Assembly: GCF_000281045.1 (NCBI RefSeq)
Contig: NW_008246079.1
Coordinates: forward strand, 511,813-575,812
Direction: 5' to 3'
Length of the DNA: 64,000 nt
Source: Saprolegnia diclina VS20
Taxonomy: Eukaryota
The translations under genes were made by a program, and so were the position numbers. The notes beneath the pieces were generated by a model. The model worked only from the letters and a program-made list of their open reading frames with translations. It did not search any database and was not told the DNA's origin. Below are positions 26,115 through 38,400 of this stretch, one piece after another. Positions within the stretch are counted from its first letter, which is position 1, and each line of letters starts with the position of its first letter.

Positions 26115-26474
26115 TTTTTGGCGCGAAATTTGGCTCGGAAGATGGCGACATTGCCGTATCAAGTCTCGCAGTGCAAGAAGCGGCGTGTCAGAGACACTGC
26201 GATCGGCAACGAGGCCAAGAGTGGGCCGTTGTACCCGAGCGTGTCATCCGCGGCGTGGCATCGCCCACGGCTTTTCGCGGGTCGTGCGCTCCATTTCAGC
26301 CAATCATACGCGATGGCCGTGAGTGGTTCCCGCTTCTTTTTGACCAATCGCGCGGCGTCCGGATACCGCTATACAAACATCAAGTGCGCGGCTACATTTC
26401 CCGCGCGGCGACCTTCAACGTATTAAGTTGTAGAGGATGTGCACCTTGATTGGCGAGGTCAACTTTTAGATTGG
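26115..26474 (+). promoter_or_regulatory. E2F-like sites and CCAAT boxes upstream of the CRC gene
   Basis: TTTTTGGCGCGAAA 26115-26128, TTTTCGCGGG 26272, TTCCCGC 26327, TTTCCCGC 26397; CCAAT at 26300 and 26344, ATTGG at 26449 and 26470. Confidence 0.5.
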
Positions 26475-26485
26475 CGCGGACGACG

Positions 26486-28501
26486 ATGGCCGAGACGACC
26501 GAGGTAGACTTCCTTGCCGACTGGCATGGCGCTGAGTCGCCGGCCGCCCGGCGCCATGCGCCTACGAAGGAGGCGACGACGCCCGCCGGCTACTCGCCCT
26601 CGAGCTTCTTCCGGTCGCCGTACAGCAGCAGCAGCAAGAAGGAGACGGAGAAGGGCCATACGACGCCAGTCCGGACGCGGAAGCGCAGCTGGATGGACGA
26701 CAAGCAGCAGCACGCCTCGGCCTACGTGTTGAGCCCGTTCTCGGACTGGAAGATCGACGACCACGAGAAGGGCCAATTCCGCTTTCTCATGTCGCCCATC
26801 AAGACCACCGAGCAGGACCACCAGAGCTTCTTCTCGTTTGCCCACTCACTACCGCCGATTGTCGACGTTAGCACACTCGACGAGGCCGCGTCGCCAGCGC
26901 TATCGACGCGCCTCGCGCCGCTCACGCCCGTCCTCATGGGCTCACTCACCAAGCTGTGCGCAATTTGCATGTGTCGTGATGCCCGCTCATGCAGCGCGTG
27001 TAGGATGCCGCCGTTCCGGCAAGACATGACGCCCGACACCGACACCGAGTGCCCTCGCGTCGCGCAGCGTCTCGACTTTGACTGCTCGCCATCCTCGGCC
27101 TTTGCGACGTCGTTTCCCAACTTTCAGGCGTCAACGAGCGCAACGCCGGGTCGTCTCCACCGCGCCGAGAGCACGCCCGGGTCCGCGACCGTCATCCAGC
27201 TCTCGAGCACACTAAGCACGCAGCAAAGCCTCAAGTCCATCAACGATTCCTTGTACGCGTATCCATTGTCGCGCCCACAAGACATAATGGGCGATGTAGG
27301 CGCAAGGAGAACAAGGCCGCGACCAAGAATGCCAAGGCCGTGCGTGCGCTGAGTGAAACCAGCCTGAGCTTGGGCCACAGCATGCGGCTTGCGGGCCCGA
27401 CGCCGCCCACGACCGCGCCACGCAAGCTCAAAGTCGTCTCGCGGGACATCGAGTCGGTCACGAAGCGCCTCGACATGAGCGACGACGTCGACGACGTCAA
27501 AGGCGAGGAGCCGGTCGTTGCGACAGTTGCAAAGAAGCTGCGGCTCTCGGCGCCGACCGTCCGCATCAAGCACGAAGTCCCAGTGCCCGTGGTCCCGCCA
27601 CCGACACTCGCCGTGACGCCCAAGAAGCGAAATCCGTGCAACTGCAAGAAGTCCAAGTGCCTCAAGCTCTACTGCGAGTGCTTTGCGTCCGGGGGCTTTT
27701 GCGACGAGAGCTGCAAGTGCGTCGGGTGCGCCAACACGCCGGCGTCCGAGCCGCTGCGCACCGAAGCCATCACGTTGACGCTCGAGCGCAACCCGAACGC
27801 GTTCCGGCCCAAGATCAAGAAGGAGGAGACGACGCCGATCCACCACAACGGGTGCCACTGCAAAAAATCGTTTTGCCAGAAAAAGTACTGCGAGTGTTTC
27901 CAGGCCGGTGTGCCCTGCGGCGACAACTGCAAGTGCATCGTACGCTTCTTCATACCCGAAGGCTGAGCTCACGTCACGTCTAGGACTGCAAGAACCAGCC
28001 GGGCGGCTGTGCACAGCATACGGCGGGTCGGTCCGCCGCCAAGCACAAAGCCGTGCCAGCGCTTCTGCGCCATGTGACAGCGCCCAAACCCGGCACCAAC
28101 ATGGTCCGAACGACGTCGGCGGTCACGCCCGTCAAGACACGGACGCCGCTCGTCGTCAAGCGGGCCACGAGTCTCGACCTCAAGACACCCAAAGACCTTG
28201 CGTTTAGCGCCAGCATTCTACGGGTATTGTATCAACTTGATACGTTGCGACGACTTAGAGTCGAGTGTAGGAGAAGTCGGGGACGCCGCTCAAAGCGCGA
28301 CGCGAGGCCAAGCTCGTGGTGTACCCTCTCTTTGGCGAAGACAAGCCGCCCGTGCGGAGAGACGTGGCGCTTCGGATCCTCGACTGCCTCACGCCCGCCG
28401 ACCTCTACAACGCAAGCATTGTCAACCGACTATGGAACGGCATGGCCATGAGCCAAGAGGTTTGGGACTACACGCAGCTCGAGCCCGACCCGTCGCGATA
28501 A
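26486..28501 (+). CDS. Tesmin/TSO1/LIN54-type CRC-domain protein with C-terminal F-box-like motif, about 5 exons
   Basis: [29 protein letters not shown] linker, [20 protein letters not shown]; last exon [35 protein letters not shown]. Confidence 0.9.
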
Positions 28502-28568
28502 TGTCAATAGGACGAGATAGAGACCATGTACATTGAGTGTAGCCATATCCTAGTAAAAATGTCCGCGG

Positions 28569-30832
28569 TTACTTTTGGAGCTTGGGGACCTTGATTGGGT
28601 TGTCGAGCGACACGTGCTGCAATCGCACTGTGCCGAGGATAGCTTCCGGGAGCTCTTCCTCCGTCTGCGCCTCGAGGAGGAACGCCATGTCGACAACGAG
28701 GATCTTGGTAACGCCCGTGACCATGCCGACGACCGTGTTGGCGACCGAGCTCGACGAAATGTCCAAGTCGACCTCAAAGTAGTTGTCGCCGCGGTGGTAC
28801 GGGCACTTGAGCTTGTTGCCGAGCAGCGTCGGCTTGGACCCGACGCTCTGCTTGATGATAAAGCTGCCTTCGACCACCGTCGGGATGAGCTTGAAGCGCG
28901 AGTTCCGGAACGCGTCGTCGCCGTCCAAAAAGTCGTTGAGGAGTTCGGAAAACGGCGTGTTTTCGGTAAAGATGTTGGCCGAGTCGGGCTGGTAGTAAAA
29001 GACCATGCTCAAATTGTTGGGGCTCGGGATGATCATGTTGACGACAAACGTAAAGCTCGTCGCGCTCTGCACGAGCGACCCGGGGCGCGACGCGACATGA
29101 TAGCGCTCCGACGCGACTTCGTACGAGAGGAGATCGACACCAACGAGGTGGAAGCGCGACGGCGCCGACGGCGTCTTCTTCTTATCGACAAGGTAGTTGG
29201 GCCCACGCACGGCAAAGAGGGACGCGTCCGGCTCGCCCCACATCTTTTCGGGCAGCGACGTCTTCCACTTCTTGACGCCGTTGACGAGGCCGGCCGCATC
29301 GACCGTCGTGGCGCCGAGCTCGCTGCGCCCGGCGGCCCCCGTCGACGCGGGCTCCGAGACGGTCACAATGGGCGTGATAAAGTCGTTCGTGTTCATTTCG
29401 TCGCGAATACCAACGATCGCGCGAAGCATCGGGACGACCATGTCGACGTCCATGCCGAGCTGGTGGTAGAGCGCGGCGCTGCCCTTCGGGTCGTACCGGA
29501 GGACGTACGTGACGAGCGACCGGACGCCGCCCGCGATGGCAGTCTTTTGCGGCGCAATGACAAAGCCACCGCCGAGGAGGTTGGCGCGCACATAGTTGTG
29601 GCGCACGCGGCACTCGGGGTGCGTCGTGCTCTGGTACATGACAAAGTACGAGCCGTCTTCCTCGCGGCGCCAGTAGCGCATGAGCACGAGGTCGCGCGGC
29701 TTCTGCCACATGGGCCAAATGTACACGGGGCGAAGCGTAATGTAAATGATGTCGGCGTGGTCGTCCATGGTCTGGATCACCTTCATCGACGCCACCGACG
29801 AGTCCCACCTTGTATGTGGCACATGAGCGATTTGGACAACGAGACATGTTGGTACCGCTGGTACCGCGACGGGTTCATGATGAGGCGGAAGACGTCCGTG
29901 GGCGAGCCGTGCACGACCTGGGAGACGCGCAAGCTCGGAATTTCAATGTACGACTTGGGCATGAGCGTGATGCCACACACCTACGCATGTGCATGAGATC
30001 ACAGAAAAGGTATGGACGTCAGCGTACAACGATGGCGCCGACAGCCGTGAGGATGCAGATGAGCATGTTGTGAATGAACGAGTACATGATGCTGAACGCG
30101 AGGACGGAGCTGATTGCAGACGCAAAGAGGAGGTTGTTGGCGAGCGTCGCGTGGTGTGCATACATGGATGCTGCCACTTGGTGGCCCAACGGGCACTCCT
30201 GCATGATGCGCAGCCCGTCCTCAACGCGCGCGAGCCACCATCCTAGGAGACAATATGAGACACGTCAAAGGGGTCTGTCAGCAATACCTTGCTCGGCCTT
30301 GGCGTTGTCTTCGTCGAGGTTGAAGAGCGAGATGTTTTCGTCCTCGGCGAGGAGCTTCGAGACGACTTCGGGGTTCGTGGCACCGAGGTCCGCCTCGTAC
30401 TTCATCGTGCGCACGTGCTTGAACATCTCCTTCACGCCCGAGATGGTCTGCTCGAGCGTCTTCTTCCACTCGTTCGCGAGCGCCTCCGTCTTGGCGCCGA
30501 GGTCGACAAACCGGTCCTTCTTGTAGCTCTTCTCGCCCGCTTCGACCGCAAACGTGATGCGGAACATCCACACCGGCTCATGGTGCTTGTGCTTCTCCTC
30601 CGAGTTGAAGACCTTGCCCACGACGCAGCCGTCCGTGAGCACATACGCGCCTCGCGGCGCGGGGTCGCCCCGCTTCTTGTAGTAGCGCAGGTTGTTGCCG
30701 TCGAGGATGAAATAGCGCTCCGCTACACACGGAAGCGCATGAGATGGAGCGTCTACCTAGCTCCATGCTCCATGAGGACGTACTCCAGATGATGTTCATG
30801 TGGTCGCGCCGCTTGGTGAGCCAGCCCTCCAT
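28569..30832 (-). CDS. EDR2-like PH-START-DUF1336 lipid-binding protein, about 5 exons
   Basis: MEGWLTKR/ERYFILDGNNLRYYK PH domain; RWD, KPRDLVLMRYWRREEDGSY START domain; FAVRGPNYLVDKKK, FRNSRFKLIP, YFEVDLDISSS, EEELPEAILGTVR EDR2 C-terminal domain. Confidence 0.9.
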
Positions 30833-31398
30833 GGTCGTCGCCGCCGTCCTTGCCGCAGAAGCCGAGTCTAAAAATGTGACCAACGCAACTGATCTTGGTG
30901 AGCGACGACCTGCGAAACGCAATATCAGAACAAAGAGGGTATTACGTCATGCGCCACGCCAGCAAGTCACCGACTGCAGCTACCGACTACCAGCCTGCCC
31001 TGCTCTACTAGTAGTTGGTGAAGCACCTCTCTATTCACTGGTCTACTAAAGCCAACAATGCCCATACCGGTATCGTTGGAGTCGCTGCGAAGGTTGCCAC
31101 GACGGACTCGGAGGATGGAAGAGACAGGAGTGATCCCTTTTTTGCCCCTGGATGCTTCCGATATGCTTAGATAGCTGCAGCCAGATACACCGCTACTGCA
31201 GCGTGGACGTGTCTGGAGTGTGCCAGCATTGCACATGCCCCATCCCGCGGTACCTGACGTGTTGGGCCATGGCGCTTCATCCCAGTCAGTGGTTTGGGCG
31301 AATATTTGTGGTTATTGGTGGCTATTTGTGGCCACGGCGGCAATATCCGGCGCAGTACGGATAGTGTTCCCAACGTCAGCGACGCCACCGCCACCGCC

Positions 31399-32577
31399 AT
31401 GCCAGGGATGATGACGAGAGGCCAGCGCCGGGCCTTGGGCATCGCGTCCCAGCCACAGTGGCCAGCGGACCGTGCCGACGCCTTGATGGACGAGCTCGAA
31501 GAGCTGATTGACCAAGATGCTACGTACTCGTCCGACGATGAAGACTCGACCGTGGACATGGACGCGGACGAGAGCAGCGACGACGAGAGCGACGATGGCG
31601 ATGTGGGCCTCTCTCCGCTGCAATGGGCCAACGACATTCCCGTGCCCAAGCCCGCGCGGTCGGCGGCGCGACGTACTGCAGACACGCGGTCCTGGCTGCG
31701 GCTCTTGCTCGAAAACGTGTTTTGGTCGACCATTGGCGGTGCGACGCTACTGCCGCTACTGCTGTACCGCTGCCTCTACGCACCGTATTGGCCGCTGCGG
31801 TGTCGATCTATCTTTTCGTTCCTCTGGACGGTCCTCCTCAACTGGGTTGCGCTCGGTCTGGTTGCGTCCCTGGCCTTTGCCAGCGCCTGCGACGCCCAAG
31901 GCTTCCTCGCAGGGCGTCTCTTCAAGTGGCCACCGAGCGTAGCCGCCATTGAGGCTTGTATCGCCGAACACAATGTCATGGAGCTCCTCGCGCCGTGCCT
32001 CGCCTCGCAGTCACTAGCGTGCTTGCCCCTCGACGGCGTGTCGCTAGCGTCGGTGTACACGCCACTGCTGCAAGCGCTGCTAGCGCTGCTCGTCCTGCTT
32101 TTGCTGGGCCTCCGCTTCTACTCGAGCCGTGTGAAAGCCATTCTCTTTCTCCTCTTTGCCGGCCACCACGGCTGGAAGAAGCTGGATGGGTTCACAGCGC
32201 GGTCGTCGTCGGCGTTGACAGGCCTCGAGCCGTCGTTTGCATATGCCAACGAGCCCATCTCGGTGCTCTTGGACGGCTACGGGCTGCACGAAGGCGCGTA
32301 CGTGGGCTGGATCCCGTACTGGGCGTGTGGCAAGGACCAGACGGCGTGTCCCGTCGAGTCTGTGACCCGGCTCCACCACGGCAGCGTCGCCGTGACGTTT
32401 GCGACGGTCGACGAGTACATCCCGTGCTACTATCGTGCCCCGGTGCACGAGAACCACGACGAGCTCCGCATGCAAAACCTCGCGTCGCACGTGTACACGT
32501 GCTTCCACGAGCTCCGTCTTGTGGTCAAGGACCGGAAGAGCCAGCCGGGGTGGTCGCTCCATGCCCACGAGTTATAA
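31399..32577 (+). CDS. Uncharacterised multi-pass membrane protein with C-terminal IPT/TIG-like domain
   Basis: Intronless, coding-like codon use; acidic N-terminal tract, 3-4 hydrophobic segments, LTGLEPSFAYANEPISVLLDGYGL; ends HAHEL. Confidence 0.7.
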   Translation: MPGMMTRGQRRALGIASQPQWPADRADALMDELEELIDQDATYSSDDEDSTVDMDADESSDDESDDGDVGLSPLQWANDIPVPKPARSAARRTADTRSWLRLLLENVFWSTIGGATLLPLLLYRCLYAPYWPLRCRSIFSFLWTVLLNWVALGLVASLAFASACDAQGFLAGRLFKWPPSVAAIEACIAEHNVMELLAPCLASQSLACLPLDGVSLASVYTPLLQALLALLVLLLLGLRFYSSRVKAILFLLFAGHHGWKKLDGFTARSSSALTGLEPSFAYANEPISVLLDGYGLHEGAYVGWIPYWACGKDQTACPVESVTRLHHGSVAVTFATVDEYIPCYYRAPVHENHDELRMQNLASHVYTCFHELRLVVKDRKSQPGWSLHAHEL

Positions 32578-32717
32578 TTCTGTAATCTCTCCGTCTGCCC
32601 CTGTTCAAGTTGTTACGAATCTGAGTTTGGTACTCTCTCAACAACTCTGCCATAAGCAACGTTGAAGCGTCGCCAGCGTTAATTGGGTATATTGTACATA
32701 CTAGAGTCGACGTGGTC

Positions 32718-35220
32718 TCAACGCCGCCCGCCGGGCATGACGCGGCCAACCTTGGGCACAGCCTTCTTGCCAATCAGCGAGTCTTTCTTGACTGGGATCA
32801 ACGGCGGCTTTGGGGTTTCGAGGATGGGTGGTGATGGTTTCTTGGGCTTTTGACCTTCGAGCGACTCGACGCGGCTCTGGAGCTTGGTGATCGCGTCCGA
32901 ATAGAGGGCTTCCATCTCGTTGACTTGGTCGCGCGACACAAAGTTGGCGTCAATCGATGCCGAGAGCTCGGAGCGCCCGCTCTGCGCCTCGACCAGCTGC
33001 AGCCGGAGGTCGCCGATCGTGTGTTCAAGCCGCTGGATGGTCTGCAGATGGGACGCGACGTGGGTCTCGAGCTCCTTCTTTTCGCTGCTGACGTCGCTGA
33101 TGCGGTCGACGTGGTCGCTCTCGAGCGCAAAGTACTTTTCTTTTGTCGCGCGGAGCTCGTGGCACGTTTCAAGGTGCGCCGTGCGCTCGCTCGAGAGCTC
33201 GTGCTCAATGTTGTGCCACTCCTGGTTGGCGCGGTTCGCAATTTGCTTGTGCGTCTCGACTTGAAAGTCGAATCTATCAAGGTTTCAACACACCATAGGA
33301 TGCCATGTGTGGGTACCGCTGCTTGAGGGCGTAGAGCTCGGCGCTGTGCTGAGCTGTGAGTGCTTGCAGTTTGGACTCGAACGCCTCCAACACGTTGGAC
33401 GATGACGAAGCTGATGCCTCACGTGCGTCATCACTCTCGGCCGCTGCACGGTCGGGCGACGGTGCTTGTTTGGCCATAGCAATTTGCAGCTGGGTTGTGG
33501 TCTTGAGCGCTTCCATCTCAAAGGCCATCTTGGAGGCTTCGAGCCTTGCCTCGTCGGCTTGGTTCTACAAGGTACCATGGACATAGAGCGTCGACTTGCG
33601 CTAGGACGTACGACGAGAAACGCCTGTTGGTCCCGGGATGCCTGCAGCTCCGTGTCGAGGCCGTGCAACTTGTCTTCGTACGCGTCGACTTTGGCCTAGC
33701 ATTTTGAGGCTGAGCAAGTATAATTTGCAGCTTTGATAGAACCTGAAGCATCTCGACGAGACGTTTGTAGTCGGGCACGACGTTGACGTGCGCTGAGACT
33801 TGGATTTGCATAGCGCGCTGGCCAAATTGCAGCGTCGCGAGGCTCTCGGCCGCTTCCGAGGCTTCGGGCGTCACGGCGAGGATGAGGGCGGTCTTGGCGT
33901 TGCCGCCCAAGCTGTTTTGGAGCAGCCGGGTTCTGCCATCGGCCGCATTAGGTCATTGTACATTGCGACAAGTTGTACAATTTGCTATCACGGTACGGCA
34001 CGTGCGACTGCTGCTTGCTGAGCGCCGAGATGCAGTTGCCGAGCGCTACTCGTGCGCGTTCAGGACAGATGAGAGTCGGCACGTGAGGGGCTGACCCGAC
34101 AAGGAGAGGTTGATCGCTTTGAGCTCGTTGACGTGCGACCCGCGGACAAGCGACTTCTTGACCCGTTCCGACCTAGTTCCTTGGCCTTAGCTCCATCGCA
34201 CTTGGGTTTTGACGCACCCGGCCAAGTCGACCAAATGCAGCTGACTCTTTTGCACGACCTAGACCGCGATCGTTCTTGACACAATCGCGGTGACGACGCA
34301 CCTGGGACGAGGCCTGCGCCGCATCGATGCGCTCGACTTGAAGCGTAATGACGGCGTGGCTGCGGCTCGAGTGAGCGTTCATGTTGGTGGCGGCCACCGT
34401 GCGGTTGGCATTGCCGACGTGGATCCAGTGCAGACACTCCTACGCCGCCACCGAATGGATCAATGGATTAATGGATCGATGGATCAATGGATCAATGGAT
34501 CAATGGATCGATGGATAGTTGGATAGTTGGATACCTCGACCGAGTGCACGTGCTTTTTCTGAACACCGTCGACAAACACACCGTCGTCTTCGCTCTCGCG
34601 GATCGAGAGGGGCGTCGGGAGGCCGCTCAGAAGGTCCAAGACGCGCTCGCAGTAGATTTGCACAAAACTCAAGTGAAATCGGAGCCCGGTCTCGGTCGGC
34701 GACGTAAACAGTCTCTGGAGACAGCGCGGAATCACGCCGCGGTCCGGTCCGTCCTCGGTCGGCCCCATCATTGTGTGTGTCTTGCCTAGAGTTCGTGTCC
34801 AGAGCCGACTTGCAGGTGCCTTTGCCTACCCGAGCCGGTCTGGCCATACGCCATGATCGTTGCTAGTCCACGCATGAGCCAGAGAGTTCGAGCATCGGCG
34901 ACCGCACCGTTGTAGCCGAGAAGGACGCTCTGCACAAGGTCGCGCGCGACTGCCGCGTACACGGCGTCCTGTGTCGCGTCTTGGCGAAAGCACCCGTCGA
35001 ATTCAAAGTCCTTGGGACTCGCATTCGTGTCCTTCAAGACGAGCCGCTTTGGCAGCGGATGGCTCTCGGTACCGGCTATGGTGACGGCCGCGCCGCCGCC
35101 CACGCAGTGCGACGCGCCGCCCGTGACAAACGTCGACCCGTCGTCTTCGGGCGCGGCGGCGACGAGCTGCGGACGCAGGCGACAGTAGACCTTGACCCGC
35201 TCGCACACGACCCCCGCCAT
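32718..35220 (-). CDS. Kinesin with N-terminal motor and C-terminal coiled coil, multi-exon
   Basis: RVKVYCRLRP, AYGQTGSGKTHTM (split by an intron), MNAHSSRSH, LVDLAGSER, INLSLSALGNCI, HVPYRDSKLTRLLQNSLGGN, FGQRAM. Confidence 0.92.
34454..34533. repeat. Intronic 8-bp tandem repeat, 10 units of about AATGGATC
   Basis: aatggatc-aatggatt-aatggatc-gatggatc-(aatggatc)x3-gatggata-(gttggata)x2, inside kinesin intron 34440-34534. Confidence 0.95.
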
Positions 35221-35462
35221 CGCGCCACGGTGGTTACGCAAAGATAGATCCGGATGCAGCGTTCAAGGGGTAGGTGTGGCATCGTGTAGCTAGCTAGATG
35301 CTGTACACAACACTAGAGGCCCATGACTTTACGCTGGCGCTGTCGCAACCAGCGACGCCGACCGTTTGGCCGCACACCCCCGCCGATGCCCTTGAGGAAT
35401 ATCACCACCGAGTTGGCAGCATGTCGAACAAGAACTTGTGGATAAGAAATGAGATGTGGGGC

Positions 35463-38400
35463 TTAACTCTGGGAGCGAAAACTCCCGGTACGGTGGTTGG
35501 TGTTTTGGCTCACGACCTTGCACACGAGGTCTTCAACGCGGTCGCGCTCGCGGTCGTCCTGCGGTTCGAGGGCAACCTTGACGACAATAACGCTCTCGGC
35601 TTGGATCGAAATGCTCACGCCCGTGTCAGTGCTCACGCTGCTCAGGACGTGTCGGACCGGGTACGCCCAGAGCACGCGCGGCTTGAGAACGCTCGTCGTA
35701 TCGAGCGCCATGAGCTGGTGGGACGTCGCTAGCATCACGCGGTGGCCTGGTAGCATCACATGCAGTTCGTGCTGCTCGTCGATCGAGAGAGCATCTTTGG
35801 GGAGCTTGGCGAGAAGCATCGCGAGCATGGCCGTCTCGTCCGAGTAAATCTACGATATCTGCAGTGAGCATATCGCGATCGCAGTAGCAAGAGACCGTCA
35901 AGCGCTTGTCGCTGGTGGCCATCATGCGCGGGAGGCGGACGCGCTGCAGCTTGGGCTTCTTGTCGTGGGTCGCGGCAGAGTACGTGATGCCGGCCGTGGT
36001 CTGGGCCGCCAAGTCGAGGATGCCGGCCGTGGGCTTGACCGCCGCGCCAATGATGCCTTTGCCGACACCTTCGACGAAGCCCGTGAGGCCGTTGTGGTAA
36101 GCACCCATAACGGGCTGCGTGATGACGCCCGAGACCCCCGCAAAGATCCCCTAACCCGCCGTTCGAGTCGCTGCATGGCGAAGACCGAGTCTACCTGGCC
36201 CAGCTGCTTGGTGCCAAGAAGGAAGCCCGCGCCGACGTTGGTCGGCCCTTGCGACGCTTTGCGGTTGGTACGCGCTTGGATGTACGACTTGTCCATTGAG
36301 AGGTTGACGAGGCCCGTCGAGATGCTGCCCGTGAGCTTGCTCGCGGCGTTGAACGTGCCGTAGACTGAGTTTTTGACCAAGCTCTCGGTACCGCGGCTAA
36401 GCCCTTTCACAAACTGTCCGGGCCCTTGCACCATACCAGCGGCGGGCTCGTAGAAAAAGTCCTTGACGCCACTCCCTAGTCCCAAATCGTATAACTAGAA
36501 ACGGCCAAGTCAAGATCGTACCGAGGTTGGAGACGAGCCCAAGCGGGTTGCCAAGGATCTCAGCCGACCCGAGAAGGGAGTAGACTTGGCGGAGGCACTG
36601 GGTGGTGTAGTGCTGGCGCACGGACGACACAAGGAGCGAGATGGACGAAAACGAGTACGAAATGTGCTACGCAAGTCTTCATCAGCCTTGCATTTTCTCT
36701 ATCGAAGGCGCACGAGCGCATTGAGGTGGAGCGACGCATTGTCGATGTTGGCCAAGTTGGTCTGGAGCACGCGAAACATGAGTGGGACCACCGCCATGAC
36801 CGTCTCCTTGGCCTAGTCACACTCGTTAGCTCGAGTGCATAGCTCGCGACAGACTTGACGGGACAGCGTGCTCTGCGTGAACGTGACGCACAGTTTGAGC
36901 GGGTGCAGCTGCAGGGTCTCAAAGTAGACGCGCGGCTCGCTCTTGGCGTGAAGCTTCTCGACAAACGCCAGCGTGTGGTCTTGGACAAACCAGTGCGGGA
37001 AATAGCTCTGCACGACGTTGACGCCGTTGCCGACGAGCTGCGCGATCGAGAGCAAGATGGACGCATCGAGCTGGAGCGTTGCGGGCTGCATGAGCGCCGA
37101 GAAGTACTAGGTGCAACGGTGCATGTCATACTATACCAATAACGTCCATGTACCTTGAAGAACTCAATGTCCGCGCTGTAAAACAGCCGAATGAGCGACA
37201 GATGCACGAACGGCGCCGGCTCCGCCTTGGCCTCGTCGTCATTCGTGCTAGGATCCCAAAGCCATGAGAGTCATCGACACCAGCCTCAGCAACGTACGGG
37301 CTCGTAAGTGCGGAGGACGACGGGGCAAACACCACTGGAAACATCGCGTGGGGCGTCTGGTTATCGATCTGGACGCGCTCGATTGTGAGCTCGACTTCGT
37401 TGTCGTCAGGCGTCAGACCGCCAATGACCATCACGTTGGTGACAGTGAGCACGAGCAGCTCGGCGGGCACGCCGTCAATGAGCGACACCACGGTGTGCGG
37501 CAGGACACAGTCGACAATGTACCGCGCGTGATGGAGCAGCGGCGGCTTCTTCTTCCGCAAGAGCGCGTCGCGTGGGGACGGGGCGTGGGCTTGGATGTAG
37601 AGCACTTTGGTGAGGCCGTCGAGTACGACTTGGAGAAAGATCTTGGCGCCGTTTAGCTCCACGTGCTGCACCTCGTCAGCGATGCGATCGACGTGCACTT
37701 GGCAGCTCACGGCGTTGGGAAAACTCAGCGCCAAAGTGCGTTCGTCGACAAAGTACGGCTCGTCCCACCCAAAGCAAAGGTCGTCTTTCGGCAAGAGGCG
37801 GCGCATCGTGGGTTTCGACGTTAAGTTGGCCTCCGTAAGGACGTGCTGGTGGAAGTGTACGACGTCGTCACAGAGGTTGACGATCCGGTACAGCGGCGTG
37901 TTGGCCTCGTGCGAAAAGACCACGTAGATCTGCGTGCCCCGGTAGACGCGAATTTGGACGCGCACGATATGAATGTCGCCCGTGACCCGGTTCACCGCGT
38001 TCAGCGCCGTCTCACCGACGTCATGGAGCGAGAACTTGCCGGACCACTTCCACCCGGACGCCTACACCTCCACCGTGAGGACACATCGTTGGCGTGCACG
38101 TACATCGGCCGGGCGAATGCGGACGCAGGGGTCGGTCGGGTCGCTCATCGTCGACCAATGAAACGTCGAGAAGCTGTCCCGCTTTGGCTCGTACTGCCGA
38201 CTGCCCACAAGGTTGGGCGGCGGTGTCGACGAGGCATCGAGCGTCGGAAGCCGCGTGAGGTCCTTCTCCTTCAAGAGCGCCGACGGACTCAATAGAAGCG
38301 CATACGGCGTCTTGTTGAGCACCATGTAGCGCGGCACGAACGTGATGATCTTGGTGCGGTGGTCGGCGTCCCGCGAGAGCGCGCCAATGTCATGCCACTC

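Noticed and set aside
28575..29996. 473-aa plus-strand ORF, and similar ORFs opposite VPS13
   Set aside because: Antisense shadows of well-supported minus-strand genes.
34454..34533. Repeat considered as CRISPR or telomeric array
   Set aside because: No spacers, 8-bp units, not TTTAGGG-like, and located in an intron.
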